64,000 nucleotides of DNA from Macrostomum lignano (taxonomy: Eukaryota). How positions within the stretch are numbered: position 1 is the first letter of the stretch; each line of letters begins with the position of its first letter. Below, in pieces: positions 57,784-64,000 of this stretch. The notes beneath the pieces were generated by a model. The model searched no databases. It was not told where the DNA came from and worked only from the letters and a program-made list of their open reading frames with translations. The position numbers and the translations under genes were made by a program. Location: NCBI GenBank assembly GCA_002269645.1, contig NIVC01000703.1, positions 1-64,000 of the forward strand, read 5' to 3'.

Positions 57784-64000
<6,217 letters not shown>

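Overview
Eukaryotic (metazoan) genomic DNA, not prokaryotic. It has GT-AG introns, GC-rich exons with poly-Gly/Gln/Ala/Pro runs, TTAGGG repeats, and introns packed with minisatellites. The style suggests a free-living flatworm such as Macrostomum, but that is inference. Reading splice sites by hand gives four + strand genes with phase-consistent exons: (1) a two-Ig-domain basigin/neuroplastin-family gene (9517-16876); (2) farnesyl diphosphate synthase (24894-27756) with a non-canonical chain-length region; (3) a proline-rich WH2 plus espin/forked-like actin-bundler gene (38943-48938); (4) a single-pass membrane protein gene, possibly CBARP-like, that runs off the right end (57784->64000). Mobile DNA includes two Gypsy-type gag-protease remnants with PBS, two hAT MITEs with TIRs and 8-bp TSDs, a TA-flanked MITE, Helitron-like ends, and a fossil Mutator (MULE) transposase missed by the ORF track that shows heavy C>T/G>A damage. 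About 20 tandem arrays explain almost all long ORFs in the track, so those ORFs are artefacts. I found no clearly novel multi-gene system. The best leads are the hypermutated MULE and CpG-depleted blocks, the intron-specific minisatellites (some families shared between loci), the atypical FPPS, the espin-like gene and a perfect RFX X-box.
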